DNA of 63,992 nucleotides, filler included, from Basidiobolus ranarum (lineage: Eukaryota), in assembly GCA_040143965.1 (NCBI GenBank). It is 10 parts of 10 records of this genome, joined end to end, with 100 filler letters (N's around TTAATTAATTAA, not from the genome) between each part and the next. Parts side by side here need not be neighbours in the genome. Positions count along the whole stretch, not along the records: positions 19,406 to 25,760 come from JASJQH010001337.1; positions 25,861 to 32,201 come from JASJQH010001338.1; positions 32,302 to 38,636 come from JASJQH010001339.1; 7 more parts are not named here. One strand, 5' to 3'. Every line of letters starts with the position of its first letter. Within the stretch, counting starts at the first letter, position 1. A program made the translations under genes and the position numbers. Shown here piece by piece: positions 23,379 to 36,100 of this stretch. The notes under the pieces were generated by a model that had not been told where the DNA came from, searched no databases, and saw only the letters and a program-made list of their open reading frames with translations.

Positions 23379-24842
23379 ATGTCTTGGCACTTCTATCGAC
23401 AAGAGATTGTAGAGTTACTTTGTTCTGGCTTCACCCTCATTCCCAACCAAGTATCCGATATTATAGAGTTGACTAAACCACGTGATGTCTTAAGGTATGG
23501 TGAGTTTCAAGGTTCTATTGATAAGTTAGTTCGCTTAACCGAACTTTCTAAAGAAGAAACGAAGCAAAAACTTGAATCCATGGTAGGGCCAATATTTGAT
23601 TTCTAATCCCCCTGAAGAAAGAATACTTCCTTAACTAATACCTTCCTTCAGTTTCAAACTGGTCATTATGAGTTGGTTCAAAGTAAAAGCTTATTCAGTT
23701 TTCGAATCCAAACCAAGTTCTTAATTTCCAATACCTTATCCCAATGCTTCCCTGACGTATCGAAATTCAACCAAGTCAAGGGAGCCGTTTCAAAGCGAGT
23801 GGGTATCTTGGTCAGTGATACGGAGAATTGGAGAGGTGAAACCTTAGGAAATTTTGTAAGAGAAAGTCATAAGTTTGTGGGTTGTAAAGTGTTTACTTTA
23901 ACAAAGTATGTAGGGAATATTTCGAAAGAATTATTTCCCAACCTAGAACTTGACAAAGAAAAGTTACGAATTGGTACCGAAGGTACTAAACTTGGTATTG
24001 AATTGGCTACACTTTGGAAGTGTGAGGAGAAGTTGGATTTAATCATTTATATTGGAGAGGATCATTTAAAACAACACGTGGCTAAACTTCAACAATTATT
24101 ATTGGAAATAAGTGAAAATTGTCCCGACATTCTTCACCTTCCTTATGGCCCCCTTACTAAGCCCACTCTCAGTAAAGAAGAGATCCTTCACGCTTCACAA
24201 CTTGAAATGCAGGAATTGATGAAAGAAAGTGAAAATAGATATGAAGATTTGTTGAACAGTACTATAACCATCAATGAGTCGGAAGACATATGTCTACTCC
24301 ATTGGATCAGTCAAGTTTTATCCCAAACCAATTGGGTTGTTCAATTACTTCAAATAAGAAGACAAAAGTCCAGTAAATTTAGTTATGAACGAATGCTTGA
24401 TGCCAAGGGACATTCAGGAGTATATCTTCAATACACCCATGCCAGAATTACCGGGTACACATTCCAAGAGAGTGATAACTTTTAAACTGAACCAAAGCTA
24501 ACTTTTCTTCAATTTCATAGTATTGAGCGTAAATCTGACATTCAACTTAATTCTAATTGTGATTTGGGAACTCTTGTTGAACCAGAAGTTCGTCAATTAA
24601 TTTGGTTACTAGCCACATTCTCTTGGCATTTGGAACAATCTTACACTACATTGGAACCATGTATCTTAATTCATTACTTATTTCAACTCAGTATTGCCAT
24701 CTCTAATGGACTCTCCGTATTACGAGTGAAAGATAAGAATCCTTTGGTATCTGAACCACGTTGGATGCTTTTCTGGTGTTCTAGAGAGATTCTTCGTTTA
24801 GGATTCCAATTATTAGGTTTAACTCCATTAGATAAAATGTGA
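23379..24842 (+). CDS. Arginyl-tRNA synthetase-like protein with degenerate catalytic domain (442 aa; exons 23379-23582, 23652-24454, 24521-24842)
   Basis: Two in-frame GT-AG introns. ArgRS anticodon-domain motifs FSYERML..GHSGVYLQYTHAR, LEPCILIHYLF.L and GFQLLGLTPLDKM. N-terminal YGEFQ. No HIGH motif. Confidence 0.8.
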
Positions 24843-25876
24843 GGATTTCTTATTTCTTACTACTAATTTCTATTATCAATCATGATGATAGTAATCCTTA
24901 CATTTCTTTTTACTCTCAAATCTCTAGTTTGATATCGTAACAATGATATATCTTTTGTGTGTAATCTTTTCTTTTGTTTATCATTCTGTTAATGAATCTA
25001 TAGAATTCCGATGTTTCCAACTTCATTCTTATGATTGAATTTGTATCCATTTTTCTTCAATGTTTAATACTTTTGCATAGTTAATAGATTTCACCACTTG
25101 AGATATTTGGTGTTACATGTATCACCAAGTTCACTAATTACTAGGCTATTTATTACTCATACATACTCTTGCTTGCATTGACAATAACCAATTCTGAAGC
25201 TTTCAATGCTTTAGATGTGGATCTGCTTCAGAAATATGTTTAAAATTGGTTGTAAGAATTTGGGATGGATTGAAAGTGTTGAGGATGATCAGAAAAAATA
25301 TTTCATATGAACTAGTAGTTTGATTTTACCAAGTCTGAGATGAAGAAGAGTGACAATAGGGATGTGCTCCTAGGAAATTCCAGTGGTTGGGATTAAAGTT
25401 TAGGGAACTTTGTCCAAGTAGTAACTCATGAAATTGGCATAGTCCAAAATCCTTGATTGAGATATATTGCTTAGTATCTAGTTATTCCATAATCCACTAA
25501 GATAGAACTCACTATTCTTATTTAGAATTTACTTGCTCCTTGGCAAAATATTCACCAAAATCTGTTGCTGCTGTTTGGTAATATTATTTGGCTCTGGGTC
25601 TCAGTTTATATTTGGCTATAGATCAATTGGAACTGCCCTTAACATTGAATACCTTTTTGATGCAGTTAGTTTTGTTGAAGTTTATTGTCTTTATCATATA
25701 TGTTATCCCTATCTTTATACACCTAACTATTTCATATATCACATATTAGTTAGTCAACATNNNNNNNNNNNNNNNNNNNNNNNNNNNNNNNNNNNNNNNN
25801 NNNNTTAATTAATTAANNNNNNNNNNNNNNNNNNNNNNNNNNNNNNNNNNNNNNNNNNNNTACTACAGTAAGTTAC

Positions 25877-27692
25877 CAGGTGGGAAGTCTTCTGTAGCTA
25901 TGCCGCGTCTCTTCCAAGTGGGAAGAGCTTCTTCTCTAGTGGCTAATCTGAATTCGTTGTTAGAGCTGAGGAGTTTCTTAACAACATCTTCATTCTCCTC
26001 TTGGTGAATGGAACAAGTAGAATAAGACACCCTTTTGACAGCTGGGACTATTAATTAAATCAATGTAAGCTTCATAGTCACTTTTGTTTGCACGATGATC
26101 CTTAGACTTACATTTGAATGCATGTAACATTACTGATACTTGAAACTCTGCCAAGCTTTGTAAGCGCTCTAGCTGTATCGAGTCAGATTCTTCAACGTTA
26201 TCGTTTTCTATGTAAATATTACACGGTTAATGATCTTCATTACAATGATAGTTGAGAAAATATTTCAAGGACGAATCGTACCTGGAGCAAAAGAATCTAC
26301 CAGATGATCTAGACGACTGATGATACCAGAACCAGAACATGATGGATCAAGAAGAATATACTCCACCTAGTTAAAGAAAAAGGATAAATAGCTTGCAAGT
26401 GGACGTTATCGAAAGTGCTTCTCTACCTTGCTAAACTTCTCATCATTCGGATCCAGATCCAGGAAGCTAGTGTGGCATGCCTCGATAACTACCAGATGTA
26501 CATAAATGTCTTAATATAGACCAAACAATAAGTATTGTAGATGATTTGATATTTACTTTTGCAACCAGCCTTTCCAGTTAGCTTTACTAATGTTCCCAAG
26601 CGGCGCTTGTCCTGATCGATAGCCCAAATTTTACCATTGTTTCCCATGATACAAGCCATATGGCTGGTTTTGTTACCAGGTGCAGCACAACCATCGATTG
26701 CAAAACTACCAGGAGGTGGATTTAAAATATGTGCGGGAAAGCAGGATGCTTTATCCTGATGAGCAACGTAAATTATTATATTCACCAAATTTTATATGGA
26801 AGGAATACTTACTTGGAGAATGATTTCTCCAGAAAGATACATAGGATCAGCATGCAAATCAGTAGTTGGTGGAAGAACTAGAAGTTCAGGAAGATGATAA
26901 TCCCGACGAACTGTCTTTGGTCTATTCCACGAAATGATTAGAGATATTCAAAAACATTCAATGAGATGAGTTCTAATTACTTTAGGTCTTTAGGATCTTC
27001 CACAGGATCCTCCAGCTTGAATCCCTGCTTCACGAAGTGAGCAATTGCTTTCTTGACTGTAGTTTTTAGTACGTTTACTCGTACATAACGTGGAATCAAC
27101 GCTAATAGTAGAAGTCCAATTTAATACAATAAGCAAAAATGATTGAAACAAGTGTAACCTCACCTGCATCACGAGCAGCTTTAGGCACCAGTTCTTCGTT
27201 ATTTTTGACACCTGACTTTATCTTTAGCTTAACTAATTCAGAGCTGAGTCGTGACTTATGTCGTAAGACTGCTTGCTTATAGGGCCCATCTGATGCCTGT
27301 ATCCCGCGTTTTGTGAACAAAAGATCGTGAACAAGCAACATTGCTAGTGTTTTTGGGAGCTTTAGAAAGAATTGGTAAGAACTTATCCTTCGACAATTTA
27401 GCCTCGAAATTTCCCTACCTTTTTTTCAAGTTTCAATATATCTGCTTTCTCAAGAATATGGTTTAATGCATCTCTATCTATAAAACGAATTAGCAAATGT
27501 AAATGAGTCTATATCGACAAAATAAATCTTAAGCCTCAATGTTAACTCAAACTTACATTTCAGTGTTTCGCATACTAAGGCGTACATTTTGCGTTTGTCA
27601 GTTACTTCGTCACCCAATGTTAGTGACTTAATCGAACCCTCATGACGAGTTAAACGCTCAAGAATGTCAGCAGCCTGCTTATAAAAGTTCAT
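25877..27692 (-). CDS. RCM1: 25S/28S rRNA m5C methyltransferase NSUN5/Rcm1, multi-exon, 3' partial
   Basis: MNFYKQAA..L, IPRYVRVN, IILQ|DKASCFPA, CAAPGNKT, ILLDPSCSGSG, VSYSTCSIH.EENE. All introns checked are GT-AG. Confidence 0.93.
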
Positions 27693-28333
27693 TTTCAAGA
27701 TCTATCTCAAGAAAGTTGTTGCAGTTGAGTCTTCCAATAGTAGATATATACCATCCACCTTCAAACGTACTTCCTACTACAATATCTTTCCCAGTTTTCT
27801 AGCATAGTTTCTACTCAATCTTTTTTTCATTTCCTTGATACGATGGATTGGTAAATTTATTCTATTAATCTATGGTATTTTGAATTAAATTTGGGTTTTT
27901 TTAAATTTACAAAACTGATTTAGCATACAATATTAGACACCCTTTTTTTCGCCAGTTAGCTTGTATATTTCAAGAGTTTAGTTTTTGGAATATTTTAAAT
28001 TAGTCTGTTCAAATTCTAGCTGAATAAATGTTTATTAGAAATAGGATGTCTTCCCAGAGGCCTCTTTACTCCATTTCCTGTTATCATCAGCCTAGGAGCC
28101 TTCTTCGACTACGAATTTTTGAGTGTTTCATAGGAGTTAATAATGAGATGAATTAATGTTTCAGTTATGCTGCATTTGTGCCTGTTAACCTTAGTTAATT
28201 TAGAAGTGGGTATGTGTTTGGCGTCGAAGGAAGCCAAAGCATAAATAAATGAAAAAGCAATCGAATTGGTTGATCACTGTTAAATTTCGTAGGTATGATT
28301 CTATAAGGAACGGCATTATGGTTGCGAAATTGT

Positions 28334-28543
28334 TCACTGGTTTACTTGATCACGTTCCAAACTGATGGTGGGCGATCTTTTCACCTCTATCATTTGCTCC
28401 TCTTCTGCATACATTTGCATTCGATCCGAAGCTGGACAAGGTAATATCGTTGGTGCAGCGACAGTGAACACTGAACCAGCAGCTACCGAAAAGAATAGGT
28501 ACGACGTGATACGTTGTCGTTGGGCATAAGATAGGGTCCTCAT
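28334..28543 (-). CDS. COA2: Cytochrome c oxidase assembly factor 2-like (69 aa)
   Basis: Short protein with R..ITSYLFFS, a hydrophobic segment and LPCPA, as in yeast Coa2. Confidence 0.75.
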   Translation of the reverse strand: MRTLSYAQRQRITSYLFFSVAAGSVFTVAAPTILPCPASDRMQMYAEEEQMIEVKRSPTISLERDQVNQ

Positions 28544-31024
28544 ATTGCGCTTTAAACTTGTAAGCCGTATCCTTTTTTTTTCTTTGGTGGTTAAATCTCT
28601 TCTAAGTCAAAGCTTGTCACGTCTTAAAGTAGTCCAGGGAAAAAGGAGAGTGCAGCAACCCCGAAATAAAAAACTAAAGGCAACCTTCGGGGCATTTGTG
28701 ACTGTGATCCCTTGGCTGTTCATCCCAAACTAACTGTTTTCCAATTTATTGGGGCTTCATGATACTATTTTGAATTTCCTGGGGCTATTGCTCAACAAAA
28801 TTCCCTCATTCTGGACCATCACTTATTTACTCGAAATTTTCATCACTCCTCATATTTTAACGAGACGTGTCGAGTATAAGACTGCGTAAGACTGGTCAGT
28901 GAACGTAAAATTGTTAAATATTTGAATTACCAGAGTACGACAAACTTTTCTACACTAGTAAATATAAATATTGCATTAAAAAAGCTCGGTAAGTTGCAAC
29001 CTGCTTTCAGAATAGGTGAAGCTGATTATTGTCAATAAACAGAACACTGTCCAATAATGGAAGCGCTGTCGAATCTAGGTAGTTTTTCTCTTGGGCAATC
29101 CTTCTATAACTGCATCCTGGTAGTACTATGATCCCATGCAAATCCTATAAGCTCCGGATTCACCTGACTTGTAGTTTGAAATAAACAAACAATTGGTAAT
29201 CTCAATGTGCCACATATATTTGTTTTGGTATGCTTGATGGGGTTGAATTGTCTGTTGTAGTATGTGAATACAGGCTCTACCTCCAAATATCATGGGCATT
29301 AATATCATTACAGGAAACCAATGAGTGTTGGGAAAAACGTGCTTATTGTATACAAGAAAATGACTACTCGGCTAAAATGCAGACATATTCAAATGGAATG
29401 TTCGTTCGAATGAAACAACTTGTCCGCTGGAAATACAGGTTCTCAAGCAGCCTTCAACACTGCATCTAAAATACATAATTTGACTTGGGTGACACAACTG
29501 CCATGTATTGATTATTCTATGATCCAGATCAACTAATTAGTCAACATTTAGCGGACTCCTTATGTGCATAGAGTATATGTGATTCAAAACCACCCAACGA
29601 TATCGAACAGGTATGTTTCAAAACACGGTGAAGAGCCAGTTTGAACAACACGTTCAGCATCCACATTAATATAGCCCAAGTAGAGCCTTCATTGACTCTT
29701 TTTCTTCTCCTTAGGCTTGTTATAAACAAATCAGCTTATGACTCGGACAGAAATTTGAAATCCTCTCAAGTCTATCAAGTACATTTGATAATCAGTTTTG
29801 GACCAGAGATGTGTGAACACTCCGCAGTTAGTTGAAGTCCAAGATTCTTGCTCGCACTCTGGTCTATACTTCATAAACTCCCGGAAATGCGTATGCTTGG
29901 ACTGTTGCCAGGGAATTACTTGCTACGTACACCTACCTGAGTAGTAACCAGCTATCGCATTCCATTCACGTGACTGAGTATTGAAAGTGGCAATACCCAG
30001 AGATGGGACCGTATAAAATGGTGTACTATTTAGGAGTTCTAGGTGGGTTGAACAAGATCCAATTGATATGTTAAGTTTTCAATCAAGTAAGGATTTATCA
30101 GCAAACTTGTTCTAGTGACACTAATCTATCTCGTCACTTTCATGTTAAGTATTGTAGTTTTTACTCATTTGTGACACTGATGAGCTCCTAGTATGTTACC
30201 CAAATCTCCAACTGAGATATTTTCGAGCGCATCATAGATGGGATTATACGTGAGGTAATAAGCCTCAAACGGCAATTTACGCCGAATGCATGGTGCTCCA
30301 TTGTCAAGGTTAACTTTTCAGTACTTTGTCACTGAGATATTGTATTGTAAGCCGAAATGAGCATGCTATGTGTTGAAACCATGAGGCTGATCTGAGTAAG
30401 GGATCATCCCAGACTGGTCAGTCGCCAAACCCATTCTTCCTGTGATTAGTGCACAAAATAAGCATCTGCTTTCACAGATCCTAAGGGGATCACGTAGAGG
30501 TTTGTAGCAGGAGTTGAATAGTCTAGATCTGTTAAAGTAGTCCTTAAACAAAGGTCACCATGGCAAGTTGTTTGGCTTTAGTCTCGTATTTTATATTCGC
30601 AGCAAGCAGGTTAGATACAGCCTCGTGTCTGAGAAGGGTTCTAGAAGAACAAATATCGCTGCGGATGTGACGCTGCTAATCATTATAATTTGGTCAGATA
30701 TTTATACACATCGTATATTGTGTTCATCCTTAAAGAGTAGTCATCTCCGTTTTAGTCATTTATTATTAATAACAAGATAAACTGTTTCAGATCACCAAGT
30801 TTCAACAGTTTGGATGAGCTACATGAACGACTGGGCTGAGGATAGGGAATTTATGTTGAGTCAGGTATGTTTATACTAATATAACTTGCCCTGCATTAAA
30901 ATCAATTTTATTCATCTAAATAGACCCTCAATATTCCCTGCCACATAGTTTTCAGGCCCCAACCCTTTTTCCTCTCATATTTGGAATTTCTAGAACCGTA
31001 TATAATCCTGAGGTAGGATGGCCA

Positions 31025-31927
31025 ATGGATCGTAGCCGTGTCTTCATTCTAACCATGAAGGCATCCCAGCTCATGTTCACTTCTGCTTTTAGCTACCGCT
31101 CTTCTGCTTCTACCACTTCATCTTCCCTTCTATCTTGGCCTTATTATCCCTATATGGACCGTAGCTTTCCCCATCCCCCCTCTTTTTCTCTTCCATGTCA
31201 ATACCCGGTGTCGAAACAGTCATCATATGCCTCTGAGAAAAACTCGTTCAATCATAATACATCCTTCATAACAAGTGAAGAGGTCGTGAAGCTTGATATC
31301 AACGGATTAGCACAGTTCTGTGCGGATATGGTATGCTCAATATGGCATTTTAATTCTGGCCTTCTCGAAATACCCGCAGATCCTGCTTTTCAAGGTTTTT
31401 GCTGTCGAGTGCTCTCATCCACTCAAGTGCCAATACCCGTGGTACTACTTGCCTTGATTTACATCCAGCGATTTAAAGGTTCCAGCCCTTCTACCAAAGG
31501 AGCAGATAGCTCCGAAGGTCGGTTATTTGTCGTTTCACTCATGCTGGCCAATAAATATTTAGATGACAACGCCTACACCAACCGTACATGGTCAGAAGTC
31601 ACTGGAATCCCTCTTCAAGAAATCAACATTATGGAGAAGGAGTTTCTAACTGTTCTCTCGTTCAATCTTAACGTAACTAATCGAGAGTTGAAAGGATGGT
31701 CTAAGTCGCTGAAGGATCATCTTAATTATCAAGGGGCCTTGCTAAGATCTGCAGCTAGTACTGAAGGCTCAGCCATATCCTCTTACAACTATAATCATGG
31801 TGGTGATTTTTACTGGTCGTATTGGCATCCCTTCATGGCCAATATCAATCACTCCTACCCCTTTTTCCCTAGTCTTTCATTCTGTAAGTATACCTTTCCG
31901 TTCACCCATTGTCCAATGCCATCCTAA
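31025..31927 (+). CDS. PHO80/PCL-family cyclin-like protein (start may be the ATG at 31055)
   Basis: Cyclin box: VLSSTQVPIPVVLLALIYIQR, LMLANKYLDDNAYTNRTWSEVTGIP..EINIMEKEFL..LSFNL. Confidence 0.88.
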   Translation: MDRSRVFILTMKASQLMFTSAFSYRSSASTTSSSLLSWPYYPYMDRSFPHPPSFSLPCQYPVSKQSSYASEKNSFNHNTSFITSEEVVKLDINGLAQFCADMVCSIWHFNSGLLEIPADPAFQGFCCRVLSSTQVPIPVVLLALIYIQRFKGSSPSTKGADSSEGRLFVVSLMLANKYLDDNAYTNRTWSEVTGIPLQEINIMEKEFLTVLSFNLNVTNRELKGWSKSLKDHLNYQGALLRSAASTEGSAISSYNYNHGGDFYWSYWHPFMANINHSYPFFPSLSFCKYTFPFTHCPMPS

Positions 31928-32320
31928 AGCCCTCCATATACCTGTGACTTTTTATAACGCCCTTTTCTTCACATACTACTTATTTTACTTTAATGACCGT
32001 ATCTATCTCTTCGATGGTACTTACACTCGGGCCTGCCTTTTTCATTCAAACCTATTCGAGTTCGTTTTTGGCTTTATCAATCGTTTGTTAGATTTTTTAG
32101 CTTTGCGCTTTATTTTGATTTAACCGTTTTCTTTTTTCGAATATTTCTCCATCGCATAACTCCCCACCCCCCCACTATATTAAAACTCCACACTTCATTG
32201 CNNNNNNNNNNNNNNNNNNNNNNNNNNNNNNNNNNNNNNNNNNNNTTAATTAATTAANNNNNNNNNNNNNNNNNNNNNNNNNNNNNNNNNNNNNNNNNNN
32301 NCTATTTAGTTGAGGGAGAG

Positions 32321-32538
32321 TGTTTAAATTAGCATTGCCTAAGCACCTATATAGTCATAGGTAGCTTAGTGTCTAATTATCCTGTATTTCACCAAGATAT
32401 CATCTATTATTCTCAATTGGAATTTACCTGGAATATTGACACCAACTTGGAAGCTCTCAGATATATAGATTTTCAAACTTGTGCCAGAAACCCCAAACTT
32501 TGCACACATGTTCCTGGGGCCTTCCATAACACATTCTC
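32321..32538 (-). mobile_element. LTR-like repeat family A, inverted partial
   Basis: TGTTTAAATTAGCATTGCCTAAGCACCTATATAGTCAT is the reverse complement of the family A 3' end. Confidence 0.8.
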
Positions 32539-33106
32539 TCTGTTTTCTGAATGGTAAAGTATTTTACCAATTGAGTTTGATGTTTTCAATTAAGATGAAT
32601 CAATGAGCAATATCTAAATTTCAACATTAAGTCAGGTATTTAATAACTCTTTGGATGTGGTTATCAATATATGACAAGTTAGTTTGCATCAATTTTATTT
32701 TGCTTCTTAAGTATGGAAGTTATTGATCATCTGCTCTTCCTGGAATAGTAAAATAATAGATATGTACTGATAGGATTTTAACCAATTTTATTGAAATTAT
32801 GAGAAGTGTTTAGTAATGTTAAATAAACTTACTTTTTAAATAGCTATAAAATGCCAAACTAATTTCAAACTTAAGATACTCTATAATCAGAATGAAATAT
32901 ATTGAAAGAGGTGTAAATTGATTCATGACATTATCCATCCATAAAAATTAAGTAACTGATTATTACAAAGTATAAAATACAAATATAAGTGGCATAATTC
33001 ATTGAATAAAAAATAAGATAATTTGTTTTGAAAGCATACATTTATATTATTGAAGTCAATATTTATTTTATTAAAATACAATATTATTATTACATTAAAG
33101 TTTTGT

Positions 33107-36100
33107 TTAAATTAACCCTTTCATCTTCACTTCCAGTAGGATTTTTTGTGCTAATTTCATCAACCTTTCAAAGTCATAATCCACATATTTTCCCCAGCAG
33201 GCACCTCGACACCTACATCAGTATGAGGGAAGATGAATAACCAATGATGAAAGATAGAAGATCTCATAGAAATTTTGACAATGACTTACCATTGGGTTGT
33301 GGTGAACTGAGGACTAGGTATAGCATGGAAAATTCTTGTCACCGCACGTGCTACAAAAGTCAAAAGATGTTTAGTATAGAGTGGGAAACATACACTGGTT
33401 GAATATAATTACCAGATGTGATGAACTCCGAGTGTTGCTCAATGAAGCTTTGTAGTTGCTGTTCGATATTGTTGTTATTGTCTGCCAAATCAGCTATCAA
33501 ATCCTGGATTGTCTTGGGAGGGACGTAAGAAGGATGACTATCTTGATTTTGAATCAATTGAGTAGACTCAGTGAAATATTGGCCGATCGATTTTTGTAAC
33601 ACCTCCGAATGTTTCTCTCGAAGGATTTCCATTCTCTCCCCCGTCTCGTCAACTGTCGCATATGAAGCTTTCAAACTGTCTTGAGATACAATGCTGTTCA
33701 TGATATGGTAAACCTACAAGGAATGGAATTAGCCGGGAGCCTATATGAATACAAATAACGTCGGAATCAACTTACTTGATCAACCTGCATGAGTTTGGTG
33801 AACTCCTGGAACTTGGACCTAGAAAACAAGCTAGACTTCAGAGAGTCAATGAACTCATCATCCACATCCTCCTTGAATGGGAACCGCAGTAGTTCCAAAT
33901 AGAATGAAGGCTCGATAAGCTCAAAGTATCCTTCTTTACGGTGTTGCAAGCGGTATAGCTGTCCACGCAGATCCTGGAAAGACATGTCCAACATTTCACA
34001 TATCTGAATCACGATATTAGTTAGTTAATATCATCATAATCAAGGTGAAGAGAGTGATTTACTTTAATTGGTTCGAACATGTAAGAAGTGCGAGTTTTTT
34101 TGGCTTGTTTGATGATGGTTTCGAGAAATGGAAACTCCTGGAATATCTTCTCGGATGGAGGCTTGTAAAATCCAAGATTACATTTCGCATATGTGGCTGA
34201 TGAATCAAGCTCGTTAGTCAATTGCTCTTTGCTGAAACTGGATGGAAAAAGTCTCGTTCACTTACATGGCAACATGCGTAGCGGAGGGTCGGGAAGCATA
34301 TTAAGATAACTCAATAAAGTCTCGAGTACCTCACGCTTCACATCAAGCTCAGTCTCTAGCCCATCCATAGACAGACAAAGTTGTTGTGGTTTTGACAGTG
34401 TCCATCCCTTTGCCATCTCGCTAGACTCTGTTTTACTGCTTGCTGTCTTCAAAGAGTTCGGAAATACTTTGAACAGCAGTCGTCGAATGGATATCTCATC
34501 TACACTGTCGCTGTAGGCCAAGCTACGTAACTTCATAAAATCCTCTTGATCTACAAACATATGGCAGTAGGAAGGCAGCCCATCTCTGCCTGATCTTCCG
34601 ATTTCCTGAATGAGAAGGTCACTAACTAACTGCTTACTGGACAAGAAAAGAATGAATTTCACATACCTGCACGTAATTCTCCATACTTTTTGGTAGATTA
34701 AAATGGATAACACTACGCACGTCCAACTTGTTTAATCCCAAGCCAAAAGCAATAGTCGCTACCAAAATCCTTAATTTTCCAGCCATAAAATTGGATTGAG
34801 TGTTCTTTCTTTGGCTGGCGGGCTTTCCGGCATGGTAGCTGTCGGCTTGGAAATTTCGAACTCTTAGCTGCGACGCCAGCAGATCCGCTTGGTTCTGGAG
34901 TAGTTGGGAAATGAGTGGATCGTTCATAAACATGTAGTTGAGGGAACATCAATGGTTTACCTGTCGCATAACATATATAATGATCGAGTTCAGGCTACGG
35001 AATGGCTCCGAATTTAGCAAATTGATCAAAGCGACCTCTCTGTAGCGGCGTAGAACACATTAGACAAAAGGAAAGTTAAGAGGGAAACAGAGTATACACA
35101 CCTATTTTTCTCTACACTGACCGACAGTTTTAGATTGTTTCTCACTAAAGGCCCTGATATGACGCCTGACTCAGTATCAATCTCCAACATTTCACAAATC
35201 GATGATCTAGTGGAATATGTAGCAGTTCCGGTCATGGCTAGCAAGCAAGGTACTTTCAGTTTCTCCTTCAAGATGGAGTTCACCTTCAGGTAGGATGGTC
35301 TGAAAAGTAGTAAGTAAAACCATTGAGAAAATCGAATGAAGGATCAGGACTCGTTACCTAAAGTTATGTGACCATTCGGACAAACAATGAGCCTCATCTA
35401 CGCAAGCAAGGAGGATTCTTGGGAATCTTTCGGATTTGAGAAGATTTTGAAAATTCTCACTTTGGAGCTTCTCGGGCGAGATGAACAAGATTCTGATTTG
35501 ATTTCCAAGAATACGGTTGATGATTTTCTTTTGATCCGACTATTGAAGAAAACGGCATATTAGTATTGATTGATCACAGAAAATCATTTAATTGCGTAAA
35601 AGCGATACCGATTCTTGCGCACTAGTGAGGCATGCACCGGGAAGCTCTGGGGGCAGGCAGCGAACTTGATCCTGCATCAAGGAAATCATCGGAGATATAA
35701 CCAAAGTAATTGAAGGTCTCGCTACTTGAGATAGCACGTATGCAGGGATTTGATAGCACAGTGATTTTCCGGAGCCTAGGATTTGTTAGCACAATGTTAG
35801 ACAGCGCGCGCTAACAGGAAAAGGCTAGGCACAAATTACCTGTTGACGAAATCAAGAGAGTTGATTGACAATCGAGAGTCCGACGAATCGTCTCCAGTTG
35901 AGCTGCAATTTACGAATCAACATAGGCAATAATCCACAAGTATGTGGCTGGTTAAAAGAAAGTACCCTCTCGGAAAGTTTCAAATCCCCAAATACTTTTC
36001 AGGATTTGCTGCACGTTTACATGCACATCTTTCGGACTCGGAGTGTCCTCGGTTTTTAAGAAGTTGGAATCCACTTGACAAGTACTACAATAAAACCACG

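Noticed and set aside
28567-28575. GTATCCTTT (U12-type 5' splice site look-alike); also ATATCCTTT at 47567
   Set aside because: No supportable plus-strand gene or U12 branch point. All introns I could resolve are ordinary GT-AG.
28900-30900. Several 60-80 aa ORFs in a long intergenic region
   Set aside because: No motifs or coherent exon chain. Lengths are expected by chance.
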